Shown: one piece after another, positions 37,801 to 50,100 of the stretch
Layout: every line of letters starts with the position of its first letter
Position numbering within the stretch: the stretch's first letter is position 1
Assembly: GCF_001194135.2 (NCBI RefSeq)
Contig: NC_068982.1
Span: 177,910,231-177,974,230, forward strand
Length of the DNA: 64,000 nt
Direction of reading: 5' to 3'
Origin: Octopus bimaculoides
Lineage: Eukaryota
The notes under the pieces: model-generated
The model's input: only the letters and a program-made list of their open reading frames with translations
What the model was told of the DNA's origin: nothing
The model's database searches: none
Translations under genes and position numbers: made by a program

Positions 37801-38061
37801 AGATTGAATATGTATCTTTTGACTCACTAGCTGATTTGAAATCAAAGATATTGGGAACATATCAATGTCCTTTAATGTCTTTTATAGCTGGTGTGAGTAT
37901 CTGTACCTGGAGCAGGCCTAAGCAAGGTTTTTGTGGAAAACTAGCAGTTGCTTCTTCAAAGAAATTTTCTGTCTCTATGATGACATTGATGCTTTTCAAG
38001 GGAAAAGCAAGGGTGATTAAAGCTTGGCACCATAGATGCAAATTACAGATATATATGTATT

Positions 38062-38104
<43 letters not shown>

Positions 38105-38424
38105 GTGTATTTCATTATAGGTATAAAAATATACCATAAGCCAGTGTAAAAAAATGGAGAAAAAATGTTGAATCAGAAATAGATTTATTCAGTTTTGTAA
38201 TAAATCTATTTCTGATTCAACATTTTTTCTCCATTTTTTTTAATACTTGTTTTATGGTATATTTTTATACCTATAACGAAACTCCTCAAATATTATTTTC
38301 ATATTCTTATTACTTGCTCTGGCTGATTTTTATGAATATGATGAATCTTTAGTAGAAATTATTTTGTCTCTCTTTTTGAATCCCCCCAAAATTTGAATTG
38401 TTCTTTTTGAACTCATTTTTTCAC

Positions 38425-38455
<31 letters not shown>

Positions 38456-41400
38456 AGATGCTTCTACCCTCTAGAATTAATTTTTTAATAGTTATGTTAA
38501 ACCAATATATTGGTTTTGGTATGTTTTTGTAAATGCTTTTCTTTTCTTTTTTCCCTAGTATTTTATGCAATAACTTCACATTAATGGAAGATAAACAAGT
38601 TCTCTTTACTGATATAGCAGAAGGAGTTTCAGCATATGTGAGTAAATAAACTTAAACACTCTGCTTTACTTTTAATTTGCTAAAAATTCTATAATGGGGC
38701 AATGTTCTTACATATTGAACTATTTTATTAGGAAAACTACAGAAATATAACGGTAATTTTCAAAACCTCAGATCTATGGGTATTTAGAGCTGTGTAATTA
38801 ATTGGAAAACATCTATGAAGAAAAGATAGCACCACCACCTTCTACTATGATTTACCAAGTCAAAGAAAATTGTATTAACTCATCAATTCCTCTCAAATTA
38901 TTTTAGTCATGAGTAGTTTGAGAAGTATTGCACAGTTGCTTTGCATCTTAAGAGGCTTATTAGAAGTCTTATGGAAGAACATGGAATTCCAGTAATGATA
39001 AAGTAGACTAAATGCCTTGTGATATTTAGTTATGTCTCTTTACATTCAGAGGTAAAATTGTACCTTTGAATATAAAGAGCTAATACTAAATGATTTGGTT
39101 TTCATCTTTAAAGTTGATGAAATAAATTCCAGTAATATGTCTGGGTTGATTCAATTTCCCAGACACTATTTCCTTTACAAATTACCTAGCCACTCTTCCC
39201 TTTACAAAGTATTTAGAGTCTCTTCCACATAAGTATGTGTAAAAGATTTTTGACTCTCCAACCTAGCAGTTCTAACTCATGCAAGCATGTAAAAGTGAAT
39301 GTTAAATAATGGTGATTATGGATAAAATGCCACTGATAAACATTTAAAAAAAAAGTTATTAGAACTCAGTGAAGTTTAATGAAATTATACTTTGATTGTT
39401 GTTAGTTTTAGTAGTATGGGTGGAGAATCTATTTGTACCATTATTAATTAATATTTAGCATTTTACAGTTAAGACTAAAAAAAATTCTTTCAGTTTTTTT
39501 GTTAATAATAAGGGTAATAATATAACTTGCTAAAGTATGTTAATATTATTCTTCAGGTCTACCATTTCCTTTTATATGATTTACAAGCCCGTGGTTATGT
39601 TAGACCATTTTGTATGGCATATGTCTCACCCGACTCCAAGTAAGTACTGCTTCTTAATAGCTATATCAAGAATATTAGTTTCTTTTAGAATATTAGATTC
39701 AAATTTAGATCACAGGAGATCTAATTTCCTTTATTGTAAAGTGCCCTTATACAGTCTGTAGCCAAGGAAACAGTGCAGCTTGTTCAAGCACAGAATTCCT
39801 GATCCCTAGCACAAGTTCAAATTCTACTTCTAGCATTGCACTATATAATTAAAATTTCATACTAACAACATCAATATCATTTATTCCTCTCCCCTTCTGA
39901 TTAAAGAAGACCATATAACTGCTAGAGAAATTGTTATAGTAATTTAAGAAGGTTATATAGTAATTTAAGAAGGTTATATAGTAATTTAAGAAGGTTATAT
40001 AGTAATTTAAGAAGGTTATATAGTAATCAGAGAAGGCCCTATCATTTTGAGGTAGTTAACATCAATATAAAACGATATATCTCCAAAATTACATCTGAAT
40101 TTAAATATATTTTCTTTTGTATATTTGAATTTGTTCAAAAGAAACATATCTTTAAATATTCTGACTAAATATTTATTTTTCAGGAAACTGATAACATTTT
40201 ATAAAGAAATCCATAAAGCTTTTTCTAAAGTAAGTAATATTTGAAAATATTTTTTTAAAAATTAATCAACACTCATTAAATCTCCAAATTCAGTTAAAGT
40301 ATACATGATTTGTTAACTTGTTTATTTTTAACATTTTAAATATAATGAAAAACAGGTTGTTTTTATTTCAAGTTTATTGTCATTGTATAGAAACACTTGG
40401 CAAATGATATGGATCCCATTTTGCTGGAACAGAACATTCTTAACATTGACATTACACTGCATAAATAAAAGCTAAGTGTCTTACTTATAGATACAGTGCA
40501 ATGTTGGTTTCAGGTTATGTACCATCATCATTTCTGGAAATTATCTCTCCTTTTCTTGGAGAAGATCCAAGAATTACCACTATATTTTTGTGTTTTCTCC
40601 CCAAATAAGAGGTAAATTTCAATTCATCTAAAGATTTTTGCATACATCATTCAGTATATCACTTTCTGAATTATTTCAAGTTAAATTTGTTTCCATTTCA
40701 TTATGTATAATCATAATAATAAATACATATGTTATATGCAAAAGTAATCTATACTTCATGCTACAAATTCACCACCCTTATTATCTCCAACCATTCTTAT
40801 AAAAATACCCTTAAATTCTAATAAAGTCAGTTTGGTTTCTTTGGTATGCATTTATCTTTTACACAAACTCCCTTTCCTCTTTGTCTCTGACCAGATATTT
40901 GCTCTCTCATAACTTCTCTCAAATTTTCTGTGCTCACATGTTTCTTTTTTACATTAAGATTTCTAGTGATTTGAAGATGGAAAATTTGAAATTGTTTGCT
41001 CTGGAAATGAGTCATCAACTGCAGGATCTTGAATATAGTTTGAGTAAGTATCTTCAATTTTTCTTTTCTTTTCTTTCAGATTAGAAATGCTTTATAGTGG
41101 GACATTGTTTTTTTCTGTTTCTTTTGTACTTATTTTTATTCCCAAGTGAATCTATGTCAATTATATTTTAACCCTTTAGCATTTAAACCAGCCATAATTA
41201 GCTCAAATATTCAACCTAATTTATGTTCAAACTGGTCATATCCAACCTCTCAAACCAATTCTCCTGTGTTACTACAAATAAGCAATCATATCATCAACAT
41301 CTCACTGCTACAAGATACTGCACGATTGATTCAAAACAATATGAATAAATAAGCATTACATTTGGCAGGGTAAACTGAATGCTAAAGAGTTAAACCAAAA

Positions 41401-44061
41401 GCAAAATGCCTTTTGGTGGAAAAATATTAGAATGAAAGTCAATGTAAAAATATTGATATGGAAAAAAAATAAATATCAGAAACTTGCCACAAGGCAAGTG
41501 CACAGCAGGAGAGATCTTCAGAGGAAGAACTCCCATCCAACAAGTGTTTCAGCCCTTATTCCTGACACTCTGTGGGAGCTGGGCTCACCTAGGTCATGGC
41601 TCCGAGGTGTCCTCTTGCTGCTTTCCAAAATCCTGTCTCTAGCAGGATTCAAACCTGGGTCATTCTTTTTGTGATCTTGTGTTCCTAGGTCTGTGTTTCC
41701 AACTACTATGCCACACTGATCATCAAAGTAATCAGTTCTCTTCCTTATATTTCCTATAAATGACCAATGGAATCTTTAACTTGATCTATTGATCATTTCT
41801 CTTTGCCCATAACCATGTTGAGCTCTTTTCAACAACATTGGACAAGCATTTGATTGTGGCAGTTCTTCTGTGTCCTTTGATACCCAACTGTTTGCGTAGC
41901 TGGTAGGTTAAAGTGGTTACGAATCCTTGGCACTCCAATTAACCCCCCCCCCCCTTTTTTTTTGTATTTGTATTTCCCCCAGATTGATTCATGCTAATAA
42001 TTCAAACTATCATCTGTTTCTTAGTAATTTGCAGATTATTTTTTGCTGAACAATTCAGTTGATTTATAGTTTCAACTTGAAATCTTAGTGATTATCATAT
42101 ATTGATTTCTTTCTGGGTTCAGTTAAGACTGGAGGTAGACAAACATAAGTGGCTGTGTATCAAATATGTCAAGATTGACGATCTCATTGCATACTCCAAG
42201 ACAATGGATCTTCTTGACCACTGCTAATTATATCTTTTTATCTCTTTTTCTATTAAACCTCATAACTTGCAACCACTTTTAAGCTGAACACAAAGCCCTA
42301 AATGTCTGCTAAACTTTATATACTGTGCACTGGTAATATTAGTTACTATTATGAAGCATCATCTTAAATGTTTACAGTGTATTCTCTCATGAAAACATGG
42401 TATTTATCATCATCATCATCATCATTGTTTAACGTCCACCTTCCATGCTAGCATGGGTGGGATGGTTTCACAAGAGCCTGCACCAGACTTCTGTGACTGT
42501 TTTGACAGGATTTTTACAGCTGGATGCCCTTCCTAATACCAACCACACAGCAGAGTGGACTTAGTGCTTTTTACATGGCACAAGCACAGGCAAGGTCAGT
42601 TTTGGCAATTAAACCCTTAACAGATAATAATATCAAAATACAAAGGTAACTTATTTCACTACCCTGTTAATCCTACAACTAAAAAGCCTCTCTGAAAGTC
42701 TGACATTCTTAAAAGTATAACTTTGTCTCAGAGAACTTAGGCTTTCATTACCATCATCATCATCTTCACCACTATCATCATTACCATCGCATCATTATCA
42801 TCATCATAATTTTACATCTGCTTTTTTCTCAAACATTAATATTATAATTTTTGGGGTTAACCTTATTTTTGGAGATAGAAATGTGTGCAATATTCACATC
42901 TACACTATGTTTTGATTGGCACAGACATTGCTATAGGTGCAGGCATGGCTGTGTGATTACAAAGCTTGCTTTTCAACCATGTGCTCTCAGGTTCAGTTCC
43001 ACTGCATGCACATTGGGAAAGTATCTTCTACTATAGCCCAAGCTAACCTAGACCTTTCTTGTCAGTGGATTTTGTAGGTAGAGGCTAAAAGAAGCCCATC
43101 GTATGTGGTGTGTGTGTGCATTCTTGACTTGACATCATGTGATGATTGTAAACAAGCATCTCCAACATACAAGTAGTGTTGTTTATTTCTCGTTCTTACA
43201 TGAAAAGCATGCCTGGCCATGGGGAAGTATTACTTTACTTCAAAACAGGTGAGGATTGGCAACAGGAACAGTACTCAGTCATGTAAGATATGCCTCAACA
43301 GATTCTGTCTGACCTATGCAAGCATAGAAAAGTGGACATTAAATGATGGGAATGATGATGATGATGATGATGATGATAACTATGTTTTGATTGGCTTATT
43401 CCCTTAGCATTCAAACTGGCCATATTCAGCCAAAATATTTAACCTGTTTTATGTTTAAACTGGCTAAATCCGGCCTCTCACCTCAACCCTACAATGTCAT
43501 TCTAAAATTAAACAATCACGTCATTGAAATCTCTAAACTACAAGATAATGTAGTTTAGATATAAATTTAGATATAAATAAATAAATAAATATATTTGACA
43601 GTGTAATCTGAATACTAAAGTGTACACCTGATATCCCCTACTCCATATGCATGCACACATGTATATCATGACTCATACACTGTTCACTTTCCTGACTTTT
43701 GTACATAATTCTATCTACTGTACATGCACCTTTGATGAGTTGTAGTGCACCTAAGCACTATACACAATAATTTCATTATTATTACCAGGCTTGATTTCAA
43801 CTAGAAAACTTCAAGAAAGTTAGCTAATGTTAGCAATATCCTTACCTATAAAACCAGTGATGCATATAAATGCATCACAAAATAAGAAACATGATCATAG
43901 GCGCAGGAGTGGCTGTGTGGTAAGTAGCTTGCTTACCAACCACATGGTTCCAGGTTCAGTCCCACTGCGTGGCACCTTGGGCAAGTGTCTTCTACTATAG
44001 CCTCAGGCCGACCAAAGCCTTGTGAGTGGATTTGGTAGACGGAAACTGAAAGAAGCCCGTC

Positions 44062-44101
<40 letters not shown>

Positions 44102-47100
44102 GTATGTGTGTGTGTATATGTTTGTGTGTCTGTGTTTGTCGCCTCAACATCGCTTGACAACCAATGCTGGTGTGTTTACGTCCCCGTAACTTAGCGGTTC
44201 GGCAAAAGAGACCGATAGAATAAGTACTAGGCTTCCAAAGAATAAGTCCTGGGGTCGATTTGCTCGACTAAAGGTGGTGCTCCAGCATGACCACAGTCAA
44301 ATGACTTAAACAAGTAAAAGAGTAAAAGAGTAAAGAGATTATAGATGTAAAGTGTGTAAAAAGTGTTCATTTCTAATAATGAGGTTAGGAAAATTATAAT
44401 CTCATTGTCAACTGATCTTATTAATTTAGACATTTAATCTCAATCATTGGACTGTGGCTTCGAACACTCAACATTACTCATTCCAGTCTTCATAATTGAT
44501 GTTAGCTCAGTCACACAGGACATGTTGGAGTATATGTATATCTTCATTTGTCTTGATTTCAAGCACCACCTTTTGTCATTTAATCCCAAACCAGCCCTAA
44601 CAAGTAGACATATAACCAATGATGTTCTGTACATTTTGGTACCCTACTATCACCCTTCTGTACTGTTATCCATCACTCTCTTTCCACCAAGATATTCATT
44701 ATTGACATGCTCACTCTCTTTTACTACCACCCATCTTTATTAGTCATTTGCTCTGTCTTGATGTCCATCACATTAATGCTCTTTCTGTCTATTTCTTTCT
44801 CTGTCTGCCTGTCTCTGTCTGTCTGTCTGTCTCTGTCTGTCTGTCTCTGTCTGTCTGTCTGTCTCTGTCTGTCTGTCTCTGTCTGTCTCTCTCTCTCAAT
44901 TTGCCCTTTTGGTGTACCCTCAAGAAGACCTGTACCCTGCAGCAGAAGTGTTAAGACCAATCCTTGTGATGGTGCCACATAAAAGCGCCCATGTGGTGTC
45001 ACGTATGAGTGCCTGTGCAGTGTCACATAAAAGTACCCAGCAAACTCTGTAAAGGGGGTCGGCGTTAGAAGAGTATCCAGCCATAGAAACCATGCCAAAT
45101 CAGACTGGAGCCTGGTGCAGTCCCCCCCCCCTTCCGCCGCCAGCTTGCTAGCTCCGATCACACTGTCCAACTCTTGTCAGCATGGACAACAGATGTTAAA
45201 TGATGATGATGATGGATGATGAACAGAGATAACATAAAGTAGTGTGGACTCTTTTGTCTTGCTTTGTGCAGAGTAACATTTCTAGTTGTTGGCATCACAA
45301 TAAAATACTCTCAGTATAATCTGAATGGCGACAACGGAACATCATGACAACTTCACTGGTGTTGTTGCCATGATGAAATGCATCTAGTACACTCTGTAAA
45401 GTGGTTGGTGCCAGGAAGGGCATCCAGCCATAGAAACCATACCAAAATTGCATGTATGTGACATGACGCTTTACCTCTCTAAGAAGGCAGTAATTTTTAA
45501 TTTGAAAAAAAGCTGTGTGAATCTGTTCACTGTGTAGACATTTGGAGGATGACTATAAAATAATGATGATGATGGATGAAATGCCACAACCATGAATATT
45601 AACCTTCTCATAAATCACATATAAAAGTTTGGCTCACTCAGTGGACGCTATTCTTCACAAATGGCTGGTAGAATTCCTCCTTCACTCTTGTGTATTTGAT
45701 TACCTTACCATGTGTTCCGTTTTCTATGCCTGCATATAAGGTAAGGGGAAATAACAAAATTATTACTGTAATAGATAGAGAGGAGTAAGGGAGATATATG
45801 AGTATGAGAAAAGAAAGAAATGTGTTTTTACTCTGTAAATGAACTTTATTCACTGTCTATTTACAGCTATTGATATCTGAATGACTAATAGAATTGGTGC
45901 TGGTGGAGTGTAGGGAGATAAGTTAGGAACCAGATATAATAGAATGTTCAGTTTACAAGTGTGAATGTCTTTCTGTTTGGTCTTGGTTGTGTCTAGTAAA
46001 GTTTAGTTAACAGAAAGATTTTATAAATTTGGTGAAGTTTTGTTCTGTGGGACACAAAAAGCTTTTTAGTTGCTATTTACTTAAAATATATTTCCTTTTT
46101 CAGTAGTTCTTGGATTATATTAAGTTTTATATCAGTATTAGTTTCAAATTTTGGCACATGATCATCAGTTTTTTTAGGGGGAATCAAACAAAGAGAATGT
46201 AAAGAACTGAAAGACATACCACTAACCTTTTTGTCCAGTATGCTAACAATTCCACCAACTCACTGCTTGAGTTTATATCAATATTGGTTTCAAATTTTGG
46301 CACAAGGTCAAAGGTTTTGGGGGAAGGAGAAAGTTAATTACATCAACCCTGGTGCTCAACAAGCTCTTATTTTATCGACCCTGAAAGGATGAAAGGCAAA
46401 ATCCATCTTGGCAGTATTCAAACAAAGAATGTAAAGATTGACGAAATGCCACTAAGCATTTTTCCTGGCGTGCTAACAATTCTACCAGTTCACTACCTTA
46501 ATTTATATTAATATTGACAATACAAGATTTGGATGAAATTTTGCATAGATAAAAAATAATAATAAATAAATTTTTAAAAAACAGCTAAAGGGAATAGTTG
46601 AGCTATTTCCCTCAGCAATGTCATGATTCTAGAAAAGTTAAGGGTGATATAGTGAATGACATATATACAAAATTCTTTGATTGAATTTTTTTTTATCTCA
46701 GTTGTAAAATGGAAATAAAAACCTAGTGACAGTAAGGAACTCTTAATGAGAAGGGGAGATAATTTCGAGAAATCAATCTTCAAAATTTATTTACATGCTT
46801 AACCCTTAGGAGATGACAGGGCTGATCTGCCAGCCGAAAAGTAGAATGACAAAGAAGATTGTATTAGTTCATTTAATTTCCTACAAGAATATATATAGTT
46901 TTAAATATGTGAAGTAATTACTTTTTTTTTTTTGAAAAATAAGTGCATGCCCTCTGTAGGGCTTGTAAAAGGGGCTCTATCTTCTTGGCACTGAAACTCC
47001 AAATGAGGCTCTGTCTCCAAAGGGTTTAGGAAAAGTTTGCAAGCAAGGAACAACTATATTTAGAACTTGTTATTTGGTCCCATCAGCATGATATAGATTC

Positions 47101-50100
47101 CTCAGGTCAGTTTTGGTCAATTGACAATAGTATAGAAAAAAAAGATCACGCTATTTATAGCATTATCACGCGTTTGAGAAATAAATTTATTTCTGTATCN
47201 NNNNNNNNNNNNNNNNNNNNNNNNNNNNNNNNNNNNNNNNNNNNNNNNNNNNNNNNNNNNNNNNNNNNNNNNNNNNNNNNNNNNNNNNNNNNNNNNNNNN
47301 NNNNNNNNNNNNNNNNNNNNNNNNNNNNNNNNNNNNNNNNNNNNNNNNNNNNNNNNNNNNNNNNNNNNNNNNNNNNNNNNNNNNNNNNNNNNNNNNNNNN
47401 NNNNNNNNNNNNNNNNNNNNNNNNNNNNNNNNNNNNNNNNNNNNNNNNNNNNNNNNNNNNNNNNNNNNNNNNNNNNNNNNNNNNNNNNNNNNNNNNNNNN
47501 NNNNNNNNNNNNNNNNNNNNNNNNNNNNNNNNNNNNNNNNNNNNNNNNNNNNNNNNNNNNNNNNNNNNNNNNNNNNNNNNNNNNNNNNNNNNNNNNNNNN
47601 NNNNNNNNNNNNNNNNNNNNNNNNNNNNNNNNNNNNNNNNNNNNNNNNNNNNNNNNNNNNNNNNNNNNNNNNNNNNNNNNNNNNNNNNNNNNNNNNNNNN
47701 NNNNNNNNNNNNNNNNNNNNNNNNNNNNNNNNNNNNNNNNNNNNNNNNNNNNNNNNNNNNNNNNNNNNNNNNNNNNNNNNNNNNNNNNNNNNNNNNNNNN
47801 NNNNNNNNNNNNNNNNNNNNNNNNNNNNNNNNNNNNNNNNNNNNNNNNNNNNNNNNNNNNNNNNNNNNNNNNNNNNNNNNNNNNNNNNNNNNNNNNNNNN
47901 NNNNNNNNNNNNNNNNNNNNNNNNNNNNNNNNNNNNNNNNNNNNNNNNNNNNNNNNNNNNNNNNNNNNNNNNNNNNNNNNNNNNNNNNNNNNNNNNNNNN
48001 NNNNNNNNNNNNNNNNNNNNNNNNNNNNNNNNNNNNNNNNNNNNNNNNNNNNNNNNNNNNNNNNNNNNNNNNNNNNNNNNNNNNNNNNNNNNNNNNNNNN
48101 NNNNNNNNNNNNNNNNNNNNNNNNNNNNNNNNNNNNNNNNNNAATTACTGCCAGATTTTGTTCTCCACCTGGGTAGATTTCAGTTAAGAATTTTTTTTTT
48201 TTTTCATGTGCAGCATTCAGTGCCTCATCCTTTAACTTTTTCAGTTTAATTTTGGATTATTAAATATTAATAAGTAAATTAAATTGATCATCATGATAAA
48301 TATAATTTGTTATTTAGGTACAAGGGCATGCATTTTTGAGGGGAGGGAATTAAGATAAAGCTAACCTTGGTGGAATTTATATTCAAAATGTAATAATAAT
48401 AATAATAATAATAATCCTTTCTACTATAAGCACAAGGCCTGAAATTTTGAAGGAGGGGGTCTAGGTCGATTACATTGATCCCAGTGCTCAACTGGTACTT
48501 ATTTTATCAAGCCTAAAAGGATGAAAGGCAGTTAACTTAATGATTTCTAACATAGGTATATGAATGGGCTACTGAATAAATTGATTTGAACTTGGATGTA
48601 ATTAATTATTGCAGAGCAATATGTTTGATAAACTACCAGTTCTACCAATCCACTCAATTAATTATTTTATAATATAAGCATTAAGACTGAATTTTGTTAA
48701 TCAGCGGGATGGTCAGTTAATTAAATTGACTCCAGTACTTGACAAGCACTTTATTTTATCAAACCCAAAGGGATAACTGACAAAGTTGGCCTTGGCAAGA
48801 TTTCAGAAAGTAAAGAACTGGAAGAAATACCGCAACACATTTTTTCAAAGCTCTAACATTTCTGCCAGTCCACCCTAATAATGATGATGATAAATGTAGC
48901 TAACTCATATAGAACTGTAACTAACTTTGTCTGTCTCTCCTGATCAAACTGATTGTATTCCTGCTATCCAGTTGCATAATTAACAGTAAGAAGAGTGAAG
49001 GTTTACATAAAGCCATTCGTTTTTGTTTGTTTGTGTTTTGAATGAGCAAAGGCATTGAATAAAAATTAGAATCTAAAGTTGGAGAAAAATTGGAGGTGAT
49101 CTGTAATGGCAAAAACCATTTTTTCTCAGCAATAAAGAATTTTGCTTAAGATGAAGTATTTTCATCTCCTCCTGACTTTTGACTATTGATTAAATTTTAT
49201 CAGTTGAAAATGACTGTTTTTGAATTAGCTTATTTTGTATCTGTTTATCATCACCATCGTTTAATGTCCGCTTTCCATGTTAGCATGGGTTGGATGATTT
49301 GACTGAGAACTGGCAAACCAGATGGCTGCACCAAACATTAAAATTATAACTGGGGTTTATAAAATAGTAGCAGCTAATTTGAGATTTCAAGAGAGAGAGG
49401 AGGAGGATAAAAGCTAGAACTTATCCAGTCTTTTGATTATTGCACAAAAACTGAGGAATTGGAAAACAAAGAAAGCATTGAACAACCAAAGTAAGCATTC
49501 TCAAAATATTTAACAAGTTCATTTCACATCTAGAAGTGCTGGCAAACAAATTCAATGACATATATTGGATTTCAAACTTTAGAAGACAATTAGGAAGATA
49601 AATGGCTAAAATAACAGCATTTAGATTAAAAGATGAACAGCTAGAATTAGCAATGAAAAAAAAAACTCAAAAATTCCAAAGCAGAAAATCCAGACAGTTT
49701 AACTATATCATGTGAAGAATCTTAGCAAGCTTGGTATCATGTACTTTCTACTCAAAAACTGCAAAATCCCAGCAGTTTCGAAGATTTTGTCTATCATCTT
49801 TCTTGTGAAGTCTAGCAAAGTTGTAACTGACTCAGCATCGTACAGACCAGTATCTCTTTACAATCTAATTGTAAAAGTTTTTGAAAGTGCCTTTCACTAA
49901 CAATCAGTGCCCATTTAACTCTCCAAGACCACTAGTACAGATTCAAATGTCAACACTTGAGCATTTCTGCAGCTCTTAATATACATTGCAGTTGGATTTG
50001 TCCAAAACAAACAGTCTACAACACATTTATCTGTAGCACAAGACTTAACAATGTGATGAATTGGAAGAACCATCAGAGTATGGGACAAAATTCCTTGTAT

